From assembly GCA_040770465.1 (NCBI GenBank), contig JAXGJB010000038.1, positions 1 to 26,294 of the forward strand: 26,294 nt of DNA, written 5' to 3'. This document shows positions 8,317-16,849 of this stretch, in pieces (position 1 is the first letter of the stretch; every line of letters begins with the position of its first letter). This stretch comes from Methanothrix sp. (GTDB lineage: Archaea > Halobacteriota > Methanosarcinia > Methanotrichales > Methanotrichaceae). The translations under genes were made by a program, and so were the position numbers. Under the pieces are notes generated by a model. It saw only the letters and a program-made list of their open reading frames with translations. It ran no database searches and was not told the origin of the DNA.

Positions 8317-9252
8317 TCAGATAACCTCCGCTCTTTTTAGTGTGTATAGCTGATACAGATTATACGCGATGGCTGCAACTATCATTTTACCATGAACCCT
8401 TTTCATAGTTGTAACCAGAACCCTGCCTGCTCCAAAAACTCGCTTTATAACCGCGAAGGGTCTTTCTCCAGGTGATCTCAGCTTACTTATCAGCCGATTC
8501 CGTTCATTTTCGAGTTCATCCAGCGGTCTTTCCGTCGTCCTTCTCTTCATAGTGAAATCTTCACCCCTCGCAGGCACCCCAAAATATCCCTTATCTCTAA
8601 GCACCACCTCTCCTGGAACGGAAAGATCGACTCTGCTATCGTGGACCTTTGCTGTGGTCGTATCTATCTCACGGATAAGTGCATAGTCCAAATCTACTTT
8701 AGAATGAAGTTTATACCCAAAGTGAAGCTCTTCACCCTTCTTTGTCCACGTGCCATCTTTGCTTCGGCGAGTTTTAGCTTGATCACCACGAGGTTTTTTA
8801 GATGAACCAGGATCAGCTTCAATGAATGTAGCATCCTGGATTGTTCCACGTTTCACCATTAGTCCCTTAGAATCCAACTGATGTCTGAATTCATCCCAGA
8901 CTCGATCGTACGTTCCTGTCTCTATCATCCGCTCCTTGAACAGCCATACCGTGCTGGAATCAGGGACCCGCTCCGGAAAACCAAGAAATCCCATAAACGA
9001 CACACGATCCTTGATCTGTCTCACAACTTCAAGGTCGCTTAGACCGTACCACTCCTCAAGTATCAGAATCCTGAACATCATCAGAACGTCGCAATTAGGT
9101 CGCCCACCTTTCTCGCTTTTGTTCCGGTACATCTCCTCAAGTAGCTCGCGAATAGGTTTCCAGTCTATGATATCAACTATCTGCAAGAGCCGGTTCTCTG
9201 ATTTCTGCTTACTGTAAACTTCTCGGAACGCCCAGGCCGAAAAAGTATTCAT
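8317..9252 (-). CDS. IS5-family DDE transposase, 311 aa, intact
   Basis: GGRP...WYGLSD...FMGFLG...VPDSST N-terminal domain; catalytic QDAT, DKGY and ERPF motifs; FGYKLH. Confidence 0.95.
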   Translation of the reverse strand: MNTFSAWAFREVYSKQKSENRLLQIVDIIDWKPIRELLEEMYRNKSEKGGRPNCDVLMMFRILILEEWYGLSDLEVVRQIKDRVSFMGFLGFPERVPDSSTVWLFKERMIETGTYDRVWDEFRHQLDSKGLMVKRGTIQDATFIEADPGSSKKPRGDQAKTRRSKDGTWTKKGEELHFGYKLHSKVDLDYALIREIDTTTAKVHDSRVDLSVPGEVVLRDKGYFGVPARGEDFTMKRRTTERPLDELENERNRLISKLRSPGERPFAVIKRVFGAGRVLVTTMKRVHGKMIVAAIAYNLYQLYTLKRAEVI

Positions 9253-9283
9253 AACAATTAATTGTAATTAATACTATTTAAAC
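9244..9283 (-). promoter_or_regulatory. Transposase TATA box plus a 32-bp palindrome covering the start codon
   Basis: TTTAAATA on the minus strand about 23 nt upstream of ATG 9252 (leaderless spacing); AGTATTCATAACAATT|AATTGTAATTAATACT matches at 14 of 16 positions. Confidence 0.65.
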
Positions 9284-9313
9284 ATTACGATAATTAGGTT
9301 TTTCGAAATCCTC

Positions 9314-9778
9314 ATTCATCGCATCTGCGATCGTACTGTATGAGTGAGTTATTACAAATTCACCCGACAATATAGGATTAAGAGCATTATTAGCGTATTT
9401 CAATATAATCAAGAACAAAGACGATGTTATCAAAGCAGTAAAGTGAAGCTTTCCATAAAATGCACCCTTACTCTTTGAGACAATTCTACCAAAATATAAT
9501 ATTGTCAATATGGCGAGAATTACCGGCTCGACCCCTTTTCGATACATTTCATCAAGCGAATATAAACCGGTATTAATGATTATAAATAGATATAAAATAA
9601 ATTGAGAATAATATGAAATCCAAAGATCTAAAAACGATACAAGATCTAGCGTGCTTGATGCTTTTATTAACCGAGCGAAAAATGGCTGAATACTATCAAC
9701 AATAAAAAATAAAAATAATGCAAGCGCGATAGCGGAAATACCTGTAATAACCGGTCCCATAAAATTTATGAAATCCAT
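9314..9778 (-). pseudogene. 5' part (155 aa, about 4 TM helices) of the IS-interrupted membrane protein gene
   Basis: Hydrophobic segments. The last 11 aa of the ORF-track protein (EDFEKPNYRNV) are read from the IS end. Confidence 0.85.
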
Positions 9779-10112
9779 ACGCTCTGTGCAAAGTGATTAT
9801 AAACTATAAAAGGATATTGCACTTCTTTGGATGTCTCTAATAGCTTTAAATCACATGATACGAAGTTCGCTAAATACATGATCAGTTTGTATTCATTCAA
9901 TAAGCAGTCATGGATAAGATTAAGGCAAGAATCGTGATTCATCAACGATCTCAGTAGCAAGTTCAGTGAAATTAGTTTTATCAAGAGGTTGTAGCTAATC
10001 GTTCTTGAAATCGAATGCCATCTACGAAGCTCGTAATTCGTTCGAGCAACTGCAAGATTATGTGGCTTAAAATCCTTAAACGATGATCAATGGTAGCTGA
10101 TCAAAGCTAGCT

Positions 10113-10128
10113 ACAAACCTATTTAACA
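10113..10128 (+). promoter_or_regulatory. BRE/TATA for a probably leaderless radical SAM transcript
   Basis: ACAAACCTATTTAACA about 25 nt upstream of ATG 10153. Confidence 0.45.
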
Positions 10129-10152
10129 GAGGAGAGGGCTTTTGCGCGGGAA

Positions 10153-11223
10153 ATGACCGAGTGGGAATCGGACTTCACGGGCTCTTTCAGCAGCTACCTC
10201 TCGCCGGGCTGCCGGATCTGCCGCCAGGGAGCATCCCTGGTCTTGTTCGTAACCGGCGTCTGCGAGAGGGACTGCTTCTACTGCCCCCTGTCGACGGAGC
10301 GGCGCGGAAAAGACGTCGTCTACGCCAACGAGCGACGGGCAGGGTCCGATCTGGATATCATCGAGGAGGCCCGCGCCATCGGCGCCCTGGGGACGGGGAT
10401 CACCGGGGGCGAGCCACTATTGAAGCGGTATCTCGTTCTCAGGTCGATCCGGGCCTTGAAACGGGAGTTCGGGGAGGACCATCACATCCACCTCTACACC
10501 GGAGCGAGGCCCGGCTCATCTTCTCTTCGGGAGCTTGCAGAGGCGGGGCTCGACGAGATCAGGTTCCACCCGCCCGCCTCGGAGTGGTCTGAGCCGGGAT
10601 GGCTCGGCAAAGGGCTGCGGGACGCGAAGTCCGCAGGCCTCCTGGCCGGAGTCGAGATCCCAGCCATCGGCCCCGCGCCCGGCATCGTGGAGGCGGTCAT
10701 GAAGGCAGACGCCTTCCTGAATTTGAATGAACTTGAGTTCTCCGAGACGAACCAGTCGGCCCTTCAGGCTCTCGGGTTCAAATCCCAGGAATACGGCTGC
10801 GGTGCCGTTGGGAGCGAGCTTGCCGCCGATCAGTTCAAGGTCGAGGGGCTAAAGGTCCACTACTGCTCCTCCGCCTTCAAGGACGCAGTCCAGCTCCGGG
10901 AGCGGCTGAAGCGGCGGGCGGAGAGGACGGCCCGCCCCTTCGACCTTGCAACCGAGGACGGGACCCTGATCTGCGGCGTCATCGAGCCCGCCGATCGTTC
11001 CGGGTCAGGGGCTGAGGCCGGAGCCTTCAGTTTAGCCGTCGAACGGCTGGCAGGGCTCGGAGTGCCGGAGGAGATGTACACCATCTCCGAGGGGAGGATC
11101 GAGATCGCCGGATGGATTCTGGAAGACATAGTTCCTGATCTCGACGGGGCTGGGTGCGACCTCGCCCTGGAGGAGAGGTACCCGATCGAGGGCGGGCCGG
11201 TTGTGGAGAGAATACCTTTATAA
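10153..11223 (+). CDS. Radical SAM protein (conserved archaeal family of unknown function, PFL-activase-like)
   Basis: CERDCFYC motif, extra CRIC, ITGGEPL, HIHLYT, GLDEIRFH and NLNELEFSE. Confidence 0.88.
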   Translation: MTEWESDFTGSFSSYLSPGCRICRQGASLVLFVTGVCERDCFYCPLSTERRGKDVVYANERRAGSDLDIIEEARAIGALGTGITGGEPLLKRYLVLRSIRALKREFGEDHHIHLYTGARPGSSSLRELAEAGLDEIRFHPPASEWSEPGWLGKGLRDAKSAGLLAGVEIPAIGPAPGIVEAVMKADAFLNLNELEFSETNQSALQALGFKSQEYGCGAVGSELAADQFKVEGLKVHYCSSAFKDAVQLRERLKRRAERTARPFDLATEDGTLICGVIEPADRSGSGAEAGAFSLAVERLAGLGVPEEMYTISEGRIEIAGWILEDIVPDLDGAGCDLALEERYPIEGGPVVERIPL

Positions 11224-11261
11224 GTCCAAAGCTGTAAATGTAGAGGCGGTGAGCTTACAGG

Positions 11262-11576
11262 ATGGAGGCTAGCGTTCGAAAACATGAAGATCAGATCCGT
11301 GAGCGCCTGAAAAACTACCTCAAGCGCGACGGCATGGGCATCCGAAAGGCAGTCCTTAAGCTGTTCTTGCATGACAGGTCTTTCACCACCGAGGAAGTCT
11401 ACACTTATCTCGACCGGGAGGGTTTTGAGGTCAGCTACCGGGGCGTCTCGGCGATGGTAGGCCTCATGAACACCAGGCTCGGAATCCTCAGCATCGACGT
11501 CTCAGGGGATCACAACGTCTACTCCCTCAAACCAGATCACAAGTTGATCGTCAGCTCAGTCCTAGATAGCTATTGA
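11262..11576 (+). CDS. DUF2551-like winged-helix protein
   Basis: YLKRDGMGIRKAVL...VSYRGVSAMVGLMNTRLGIL resembles the methanogen DUF2551 family; GGTGA SD upstream. Confidence 0.75.
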   Translation: MEASVRKHEDQIRERLKNYLKRDGMGIRKAVLKLFLHDRSFTTEEVYTYLDREGFEVSYRGVSAMVGLMNTRLGILSIDVSGDHNVYSLKPDHKLIVSSVLDSY

Positions 11577-11614
11577 TTCAATTAGGCATTGATTCGATAG
11601 CCACTGATTTTTCT

Positions 11615-13108
11615 TCAGTTTGGCGGCTCGCCCCGCTTCATCCTTGAGAGATACTTCTTGAGGGCACGGTCTGCGAGGAGGTTCACCCCCCGGAGGGCCA
11701 GATGCTGCCCCAACCCCACCGTCATCCTCTCGCTGTAGTAGCGGTGCAGGGGCTTGAGGTGGCGGAGGTTGTACTCAAGGCACGTCCCCACCAGCTCCCA
11801 GTGCTCGGGCCTCGCCCGATCCCGGCCGAAGCCCTTCGCGTTTCCAAGCCTCGTCTCCCCGATGGGGGTGAAGAAGAGAGGTAGTATCAGGCCGATGTGA
11901 CTTTTCAAAGACTCGACCAGCTCTGTGGTCAGAGCGACGTCCTCCTCGGTCTCGCCCGGAAGCCCCAGGACAAGGCTTGCCACCGGAAGCCAGGACATGT
12001 CGCTGAAGAGACCGTAGCACTCCCTCACCATCTCGGGCCACAGCTCCAGGGGCTCCGGGCTCGTCTTGTTCTTCATGTGCTTTGCAAGAAGCCGGGGGCT
12101 TGCCGTCTCGATCCCGATCCAGGCCGACATGTACTTCTGGTCGGTCCCGATCCCGACGATCTCGGAGATCTCCGCCAGAAGCTCCTGGCTGGAATAGACC
12201 GATGCAAGGCTAACGTGAGATACGTCGACGGTCCGAGGGCCCAAACCCTTCACCCGCCGGAATAGGTCGAGGAGCATCTCACGATTCGGCTCCGACCCCT
12301 CGGAGCCGTAGGTGAAGGCGTCCTCGGAGTGGAGGATCAGGTCTGTCTGCCCCGCTCTGATGTTAACCTCGGCGTCCTTCAGGATATTTGAGACGGGCCG
12401 GTGGCGGGGCTTTCGCATCGTCGGCGAGCAGAAGGAGCAGCCTCGCCAGCAGCCTCGTCCGATCTCGACGATCCCTCCGACGGTGGCGCCCCTGTTGACG
12501 GGGATCTCGTCGCCGGGGACGGTCTCCCCCTCGATCTCCCTCGGAACGTCCTCGCCGGCCACGATCTTCTTGCAGACCTGTGGGAAGGTTCTCTCCCCCT
12601 CCCCCAGGTAGATGAGGTCGACCCCTGCATCCTCGCCCCGGAGCTCCCAGGAGCCGTTTCCTCCGATGACGACCTTCGGTCTGTGCTCTTTGATCAAGGG
12701 GTGGCCCACCAGCTCCAGAAACTTCGTCCTGTTGTAGGGAGCGCCCCTCCCTATCATCTCCTCGATCTCCCGGACGGCGATCTTGCCCATGGGGTCGTCG
12801 TGGCCGATCCCCACGATCTCGGTATCGGGACCGATGGCTTCGTCGAGATGGTCGGGATGGGCCACCATCACCTCGTCCCTTGAAAAACCAGCCTCCAGGA
12901 GGGCGGCCTCGATCTTCCTCATCCCGCAGGGTGCGAGGAGGGCGGACCCGTCGGGTCCGGCCTCGACGGGCGGGCAGAAGAGCCATTTGAATATCCTCTC
13001 GGAGATCATCGATGCCGGGAGGATCGCCGCAAAGCCGAGCATCACTCCCCCGTTGTAGTTGCTCATCATGGTGGCGTCGCTGGTGAGGACTATCCTTTTG
13101 CCTGACAT
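11615..13108 (-). CDS. B12-binding-domain radical SAM protein
   Basis: EIGRGCWRGCSFC motif, N-terminal Rossmann-like domain (IVGIGHDDPMG, KVVIGGNG, GEGE), GIETAS and LGLPGET. Confidence 0.88.
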   Translation of the reverse strand: MSGKRIVLTSDATMMSNYNGGVMLGFAAILPASMISERIFKWLFCPPVEAGPDGSALLAPCGMRKIEAALLEAGFSRDEVMVAHPDHLDEAIGPDTEIVGIGHDDPMGKIAVREIEEMIGRGAPYNRTKFLELVGHPLIKEHRPKVVIGGNGSWELRGEDAGVDLIYLGEGERTFPQVCKKIVAGEDVPREIEGETVPGDEIPVNRGATVGGIVEIGRGCWRGCSFCSPTMRKPRHRPVSNILKDAEVNIRAGQTDLILHSEDAFTYGSEGSEPNREMLLDLFRRVKGLGPRTVDVSHVSLASVYSSQELLAEISEIVGIGTDQKYMSAWIGIETASPRLLAKHMKNKTSPEPLELWPEMVRECYGLFSDMSWLPVASLVLGLPGETEEDVALTTELVESLKSHIGLILPLFFTPIGETRLGNAKGFGRDRARPEHWELVGTCLEYNLRHLKPLHRYYSERMTVGLGQHLALRGVNLLADRALKKYLSRMKRGEPPN

Positions 13109-13201
13109 CTTTTGGCATCACCGCCGTGATCCCAGATAACGGTGTTGAGCCAACCAACATCCCACAAGCCTTAATACCCCTCGCTTTCAGAGTGGAGGTT
13201 T

Positions 13202-14710
13202 GTGCAGGAGAAATCGTTGTCGGAGATCAACGAACGCATCCGGGACGGCAGCGTTCGGGTGGTCACTGCGGAGGAGATGCCGGACCTGGTGGACGAGCTT
13301 GGCACCGATGGTGCGGTGCGCGAGGTGGACGTCGTCACCACCGGCACCTTCGGGGCCATGTGCTCGTCCGGTGTCTTTCTCAACACCGGCCACAGCGATC
13401 CGCCGATAAAGATCTCCAAAGCCTGGCTGAACAAGGTGGAGGCCTACGGCGGGATCGCCGCCGTCGACCTGTTTCTTGGAGCCACTCAGCCGTCCGAGGA
13501 CCGTGGGAACGAGTACGGCGGAGCCCACGTCATGGAGGATCTCATCTGCGGAAGAGAGGTGGAGCTTCGGGCCCAGGGAGCCGTCACCGACTGCTACCCC
13601 CGCTACGACCTGGAGACGACACTGAGGCTCGAGGACTTCAACCAGGCGATAATGGTCAACCCACGAAACTCTTACGAGAGGTACGCGGCGGCCGCAAACT
13701 CGACGGAGAGGACGCTTCACACCTACATGGGAACCCTCCTTCCCCGCTACGGGAACGTCAGCTACAGCGGGGCCGGAGCCCTATCGCCGATACCAAACGA
13801 CCCCGACTTCGAGCAGATCGGAGTAGGCACCAGGATATTCCTCTGCGGTGCCCAGGGATTCATCGTCGGCTCGGGGACCCAGCACCTCCCCCAGAATGGA
13901 TTTTCCACCCTGATGGTGAAGGGCGACCTGAAGGAGATGAACCCCGAGTTTCTGAGGGCAGCCACCTTACAGGACTACGGCCCGAGCCTCTACGTCGGCC
14001 TGGGGGTTCCAATACCGGTCTTAAACGAGGGGATAGCGAAGAAGACGGCCGTCCGGGATAGAGATATCGTCACCGAGATCGTCGACTACGGCATTCCTCG
14101 GCGCGGTCGGCCCACGGTGAGGAGGGTGAACTACGAGCAGCTCTACTCCGGCTACGTCGACATAGAGGGGGTCGAGGTGAAGACCTCGGCCTTATCCAGC
14201 CGCCATGTCGCAAGGAAGGTGGCCAGGGCCCTGGGCGACTCCATGAAACGGGGCGAGTTCGTTCTATCGGCCCCGGCCGAGCGCCTCCCCACCACGGGCC
14301 GGAACAACCCCATGAAGCAGACCCGGGAGTTTCTTCTGGTGGGGGACGTCATGAGCTCCGATGTGGCGACGGTCCGCGAGGAGATAAGCATCAAGGAGGC
14401 GTCCCAGATGATCGTCGGCGGACCCTTCGACCATCTGCCGGTCGTATCGGCGGAGGGGAGGCTGATCGGGATGGTCACCGCCTGGGACATATCCAAGGCT
14501 GTGGCCAGCGGCAAGACCTCTCACATCTCAGACATGATGACGAGGAAGGTCTTCATAGCAAGCCCCGACGAGCCATTGGAGCTGGCGGCTCGAAAGCTCC
14601 ACCACCACAAGATATCGGCCCTTCCGGTGGTGGATAAAGACCATCACGTCATCGGGATGGTAACGAGCGACCACCTCAGCAGGCTCTACAGCAGGAGGCG
14701 CTCTGTATGA
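13202..14710 (+). CDS. Homocysteine biosynthesis enzyme (L-aspartate semialdehyde sulfurtransferase; DUF39 plus CBS pair, MA1821-like)
   Basis: VDVVTTGTFGAMCSSG, TDCYPR, NPRN and TYMG motifs, two C-terminal CBS repeats; GGAGG SD before GTG. Confidence 0.92.
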   Translation: MQEKSLSEINERIRDGSVRVVTAEEMPDLVDELGTDGAVREVDVVTTGTFGAMCSSGVFLNTGHSDPPIKISKAWLNKVEAYGGIAAVDLFLGATQPSEDRGNEYGGAHVMEDLICGREVELRAQGAVTDCYPRYDLETTLRLEDFNQAIMVNPRNSYERYAAAANSTERTLHTYMGTLLPRYGNVSYSGAGALSPIPNDPDFEQIGVGTRIFLCGAQGFIVGSGTQHLPQNGFSTLMVKGDLKEMNPEFLRAATLQDYGPSLYVGLGVPIPVLNEGIAKKTAVRDRDIVTEIVDYGIPRRGRPTVRRVNYEQLYSGYVDIEGVEVKTSALSSRHVARKVARALGDSMKRGEFVLSAPAERLPTTGRNNPMKQTREFLLVGDVMSSDVATVREEISIKEASQMIVGGPFDHLPVVSAEGRLIGMVTAWDISKAVASGKTSHISDMMTRKVFIASPDEPLELAARKLHHHKISALPVVDKDHHVIGMVTSDHLSRLYSRRRSV

Positions 14711-15093
14711 AGCTGATGCTCCACGTGGCTCCCGGGATAGTCCGAAAGCCGATCGTCTCTTCGGTGATCCTGGAGACGAAGGCTCTCATAAACATCGAGC
14801 GGGCGAAGGTCGACGCCGTCTCCGGCGAGATCGTCATCGACGTCGATTCCGATCGGTGCAGCGAGGTGAAGGCCGCCTTCGAGAGGATGGGGGTCAGGGT
14901 CGTCCTCCTGGAGAACCCCATCATAAAAGACGAGGACGAGTGCGTCCACTGCGGGGCGTGCATATCAATCTGTCCTACGGGGACCTTCCGGTTCGAGGGG
15001 TCGGAGGTGGTGGCCGACGCCGGAAAGTGCGTCCAGTGCGGGACCTGCGTCACCGCCTGTCCCCAGAGGGCGCTGAAGCTGATCCTGAAGTAG
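14707..15093 (+). CDS. NIL-domain 2x[4Fe-4S] ferredoxin (MA1822-like partner subunit)
   Basis: CVHCGACISICP and CVQCGTCVTACP; ATGA overlap with the upstream gene. Confidence 0.92.
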   Translation: MKLMLHVAPGIVRKPIVSSVILETKALINIERAKVDAVSGEIVIDVDSDRCSEVKAAFERMGVRVVLLENPIIKDEDECVHCGACISICPTGTFRFEGSEVVADAGKCVQCGTCVTACPQRALKLILK

Positions 15094-15374
15094 GCCTCTG
15101 GCAGTCGATGGAGGGGGCGGGCGTCGACGGGGGGAGTCGTCGCAGGGGCCGAGACGCCCCGACCCGACTGGCATTCCCCCCTCAGATCCTTGTGACTTTT
15201 CTGACTCTGGCTTTAAGCTGCGATCTGGTCCGAGCCGATCTCAGATCGGTGGTGATGCAGATCGCCGGGGGTGGCGATGGCGCCTCGGTGGCTGGATCCT
15301 GGAGAAAGAGACGATGGATGCCTCAGCCGTCCGGGGCATCCGACGTTTGCATCAGAAGATGCTTGTGATTTAGC

Positions 15375-15406
15375 GGTGAACAGAGAGAACAAGACTCTCT
15401 GTCACC
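15375..15406. terminator. Strong hairpin between convergent genes
   Basis: GGTG-A-ACAGAGAG-(AACAAGA)-CTCTCTGT-CACC. Confidence 0.5.
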
Positions 15407-15431
15407 TCGTTTAGTCTTCAGATCTCGATCT

Positions 15432-16220
15432 TTATGCGGCCGGGACAGTAGGATAGGGCATGATCAGAAGGGCAGGTCCCTCCCCCGTCTCCCTGGACTT
15501 GAAGCTGACCTTGTAGTCTGTGTCTCCGGCCACCATCAGTAGGAAGGATATCCTGTCATCCTCGGTCGCCTTCAGGTGCTCCGATACGTCGAAGGCGAAT
15601 ATTTCGTCGCCGCCAAAGCTCATGCCAAGACCACTGAAGTCAAGATCATCGCCATCGGACATCATGGCAATTATAGACAGCATATTCAATCCCAGGGTTG
15701 TAAGACTAGAATTTTCAGACCATTCGGACGTTATAGGCATTAGGACCAATCCTACATTTTCATCGCCGACCTTCTCCATTGATTCCGCCTTTAATACAAG
15801 AACGGCGACGTCGTCCTCCTTCATATTGAGGTCGGTTATATTGAATTGGACCATCACCATCCCTGGAAATTCGTCCTTTTCGTACCCGTAGCCTTTCACA
15901 TATTCGCAGACCAGATGATCGTCGTTGTAGACCATCTCCTCTGTCGCGTCCAAGTATATATCCTCGACAGCCGGCAAGATCGTCATCGAACATCCTTCGG
16001 CCGCGGAAGTCTCATTCACAACGGCGACGATCTCCTCCGGCAGAAGCTCGGCTGGGGCCGTATCGTTTCCAGAGTCCTCCCCGCTCTCAAGATCCGTCTC
16101 GATGATCGCGCCAGAAGCCGAGGCGGTCTCTGGGAGATCGCCCTCCTGAGCCGACGCCGAAGAGGCGGCCGAGAAGATCGATAGGACGATCATAATACAG
16201 AACAAATACTTGCTGAACAT
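15432..16220 (-). CDS. Secreted acidic protein, DNRLRE/disaggregatase-related beta-sandwich-like domain
   Basis: Signal peptide (MFSKYLFCIMIVLSIFSAASSASA), acidic linker, VQFNI, SEWSEN, FDVSE and FKSRETGEGPALLI pattern. Confidence 0.7.
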   Translation of the reverse strand: MFSKYLFCIMIVLSIFSAASSASAQEGDLPETASASGAIIETDLESGEDSGNDTAPAELLPEEIVAVVNETSAAEGCSMTILPAVEDIYLDATEEMVYNDDHLVCEYVKGYGYEKDEFPGMVMVQFNITDLNMKEDDVAVLVLKAESMEKVGDENVGLVLMPITSEWSENSSLTTLGLNMLSIIAMMSDGDDLDFSGLGMSFGGDEIFAFDVSEHLKATEDDRISFLLMVAGDTDYKVSFKSRETGEGPALLIMPYPTVPAA

Positions 16221-16260
16221 ACGGTTTCAATCCTCCAAACTAAAGTTACATGAACATATC

Positions 16261-16280
16261 ATGAATATATACTTTTTCAT
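16261..16280 (-). promoter_or_regulatory. BRE/TATA promoter for the 16220 gene
   Basis: Minus strand ATGAAAAAGTATATATTCAT; the box is framed by an ATGAA/TTCAT inverted repeat. Confidence 0.55.
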
Positions 16281-16849
16281 AGACGATTATCTTGCTAATC
16301 TATTCGATTAATCGAAAAAAAGGCCATCATTACCCGGATAAGTGAAATGCTAGAGCAGAAACATATTCAATGTATTATCTGATGTATAACTATAAATTAA
16401 TTTAAAGTTGTGATAAGTATACATCCGGATAAAAAATATCCCTCCAATTTCACGGTCTCTCAGACCGGGTCTTGACCTTATATTCCCGGGACTGGGCAGC
16501 CCGAACTTTGCTCTAACTTTGCTCTATTCGGAGCATTAATCAATTAAGCTTAAATAAAGGCAAATCATTTGTATCAAATAGTGTTGCTATAAAGTAAAAA
16601 AATTTGATTAAATGCACAATGTGGGCCACCAGGACGATCGGAGGGCTTCAATGCGGGATTTCTTTTGGGCTAAAATCTCGCCTTTAGTAGAGTAATTAGC
16701 CAATAATTTAATATTTAGTATTAACTTTTTTTCATTTTTAAGTTTAATTCAGATTTAGAAAGACATATATAGCAAAAAATGCCATGCGCACTGCATATTA
16801 TAGCATGAAATTCGGAGAAGAGATGAATATGAGAGGTGTAGGGACGATT

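Larger units (their letters stand above)
8179..9313 (-). mobile_element. IS5-family insertion sequence, 1135 bp, 4-bp TSD ATTC
   Basis: TIR GAGGATTTCGA at 8179-8189 and its reverse complement TCGAAATCCTC at 9303-9313; ATTC at both 8175-8178 and 9314-9317. Confidence 0.95.

Noticed and set aside
9766-9984. 72-aa ORF upstream of the islet gene
   Set aside because: TTG start, no SD and no motif; likely the AT-rich promoter region.
14856-15368. 170-aa ORF overlapping the ferredoxin gene
   Set aside because: Shifted-frame Arg/Gly-rich product typical of GC-rich shadow ORFs.
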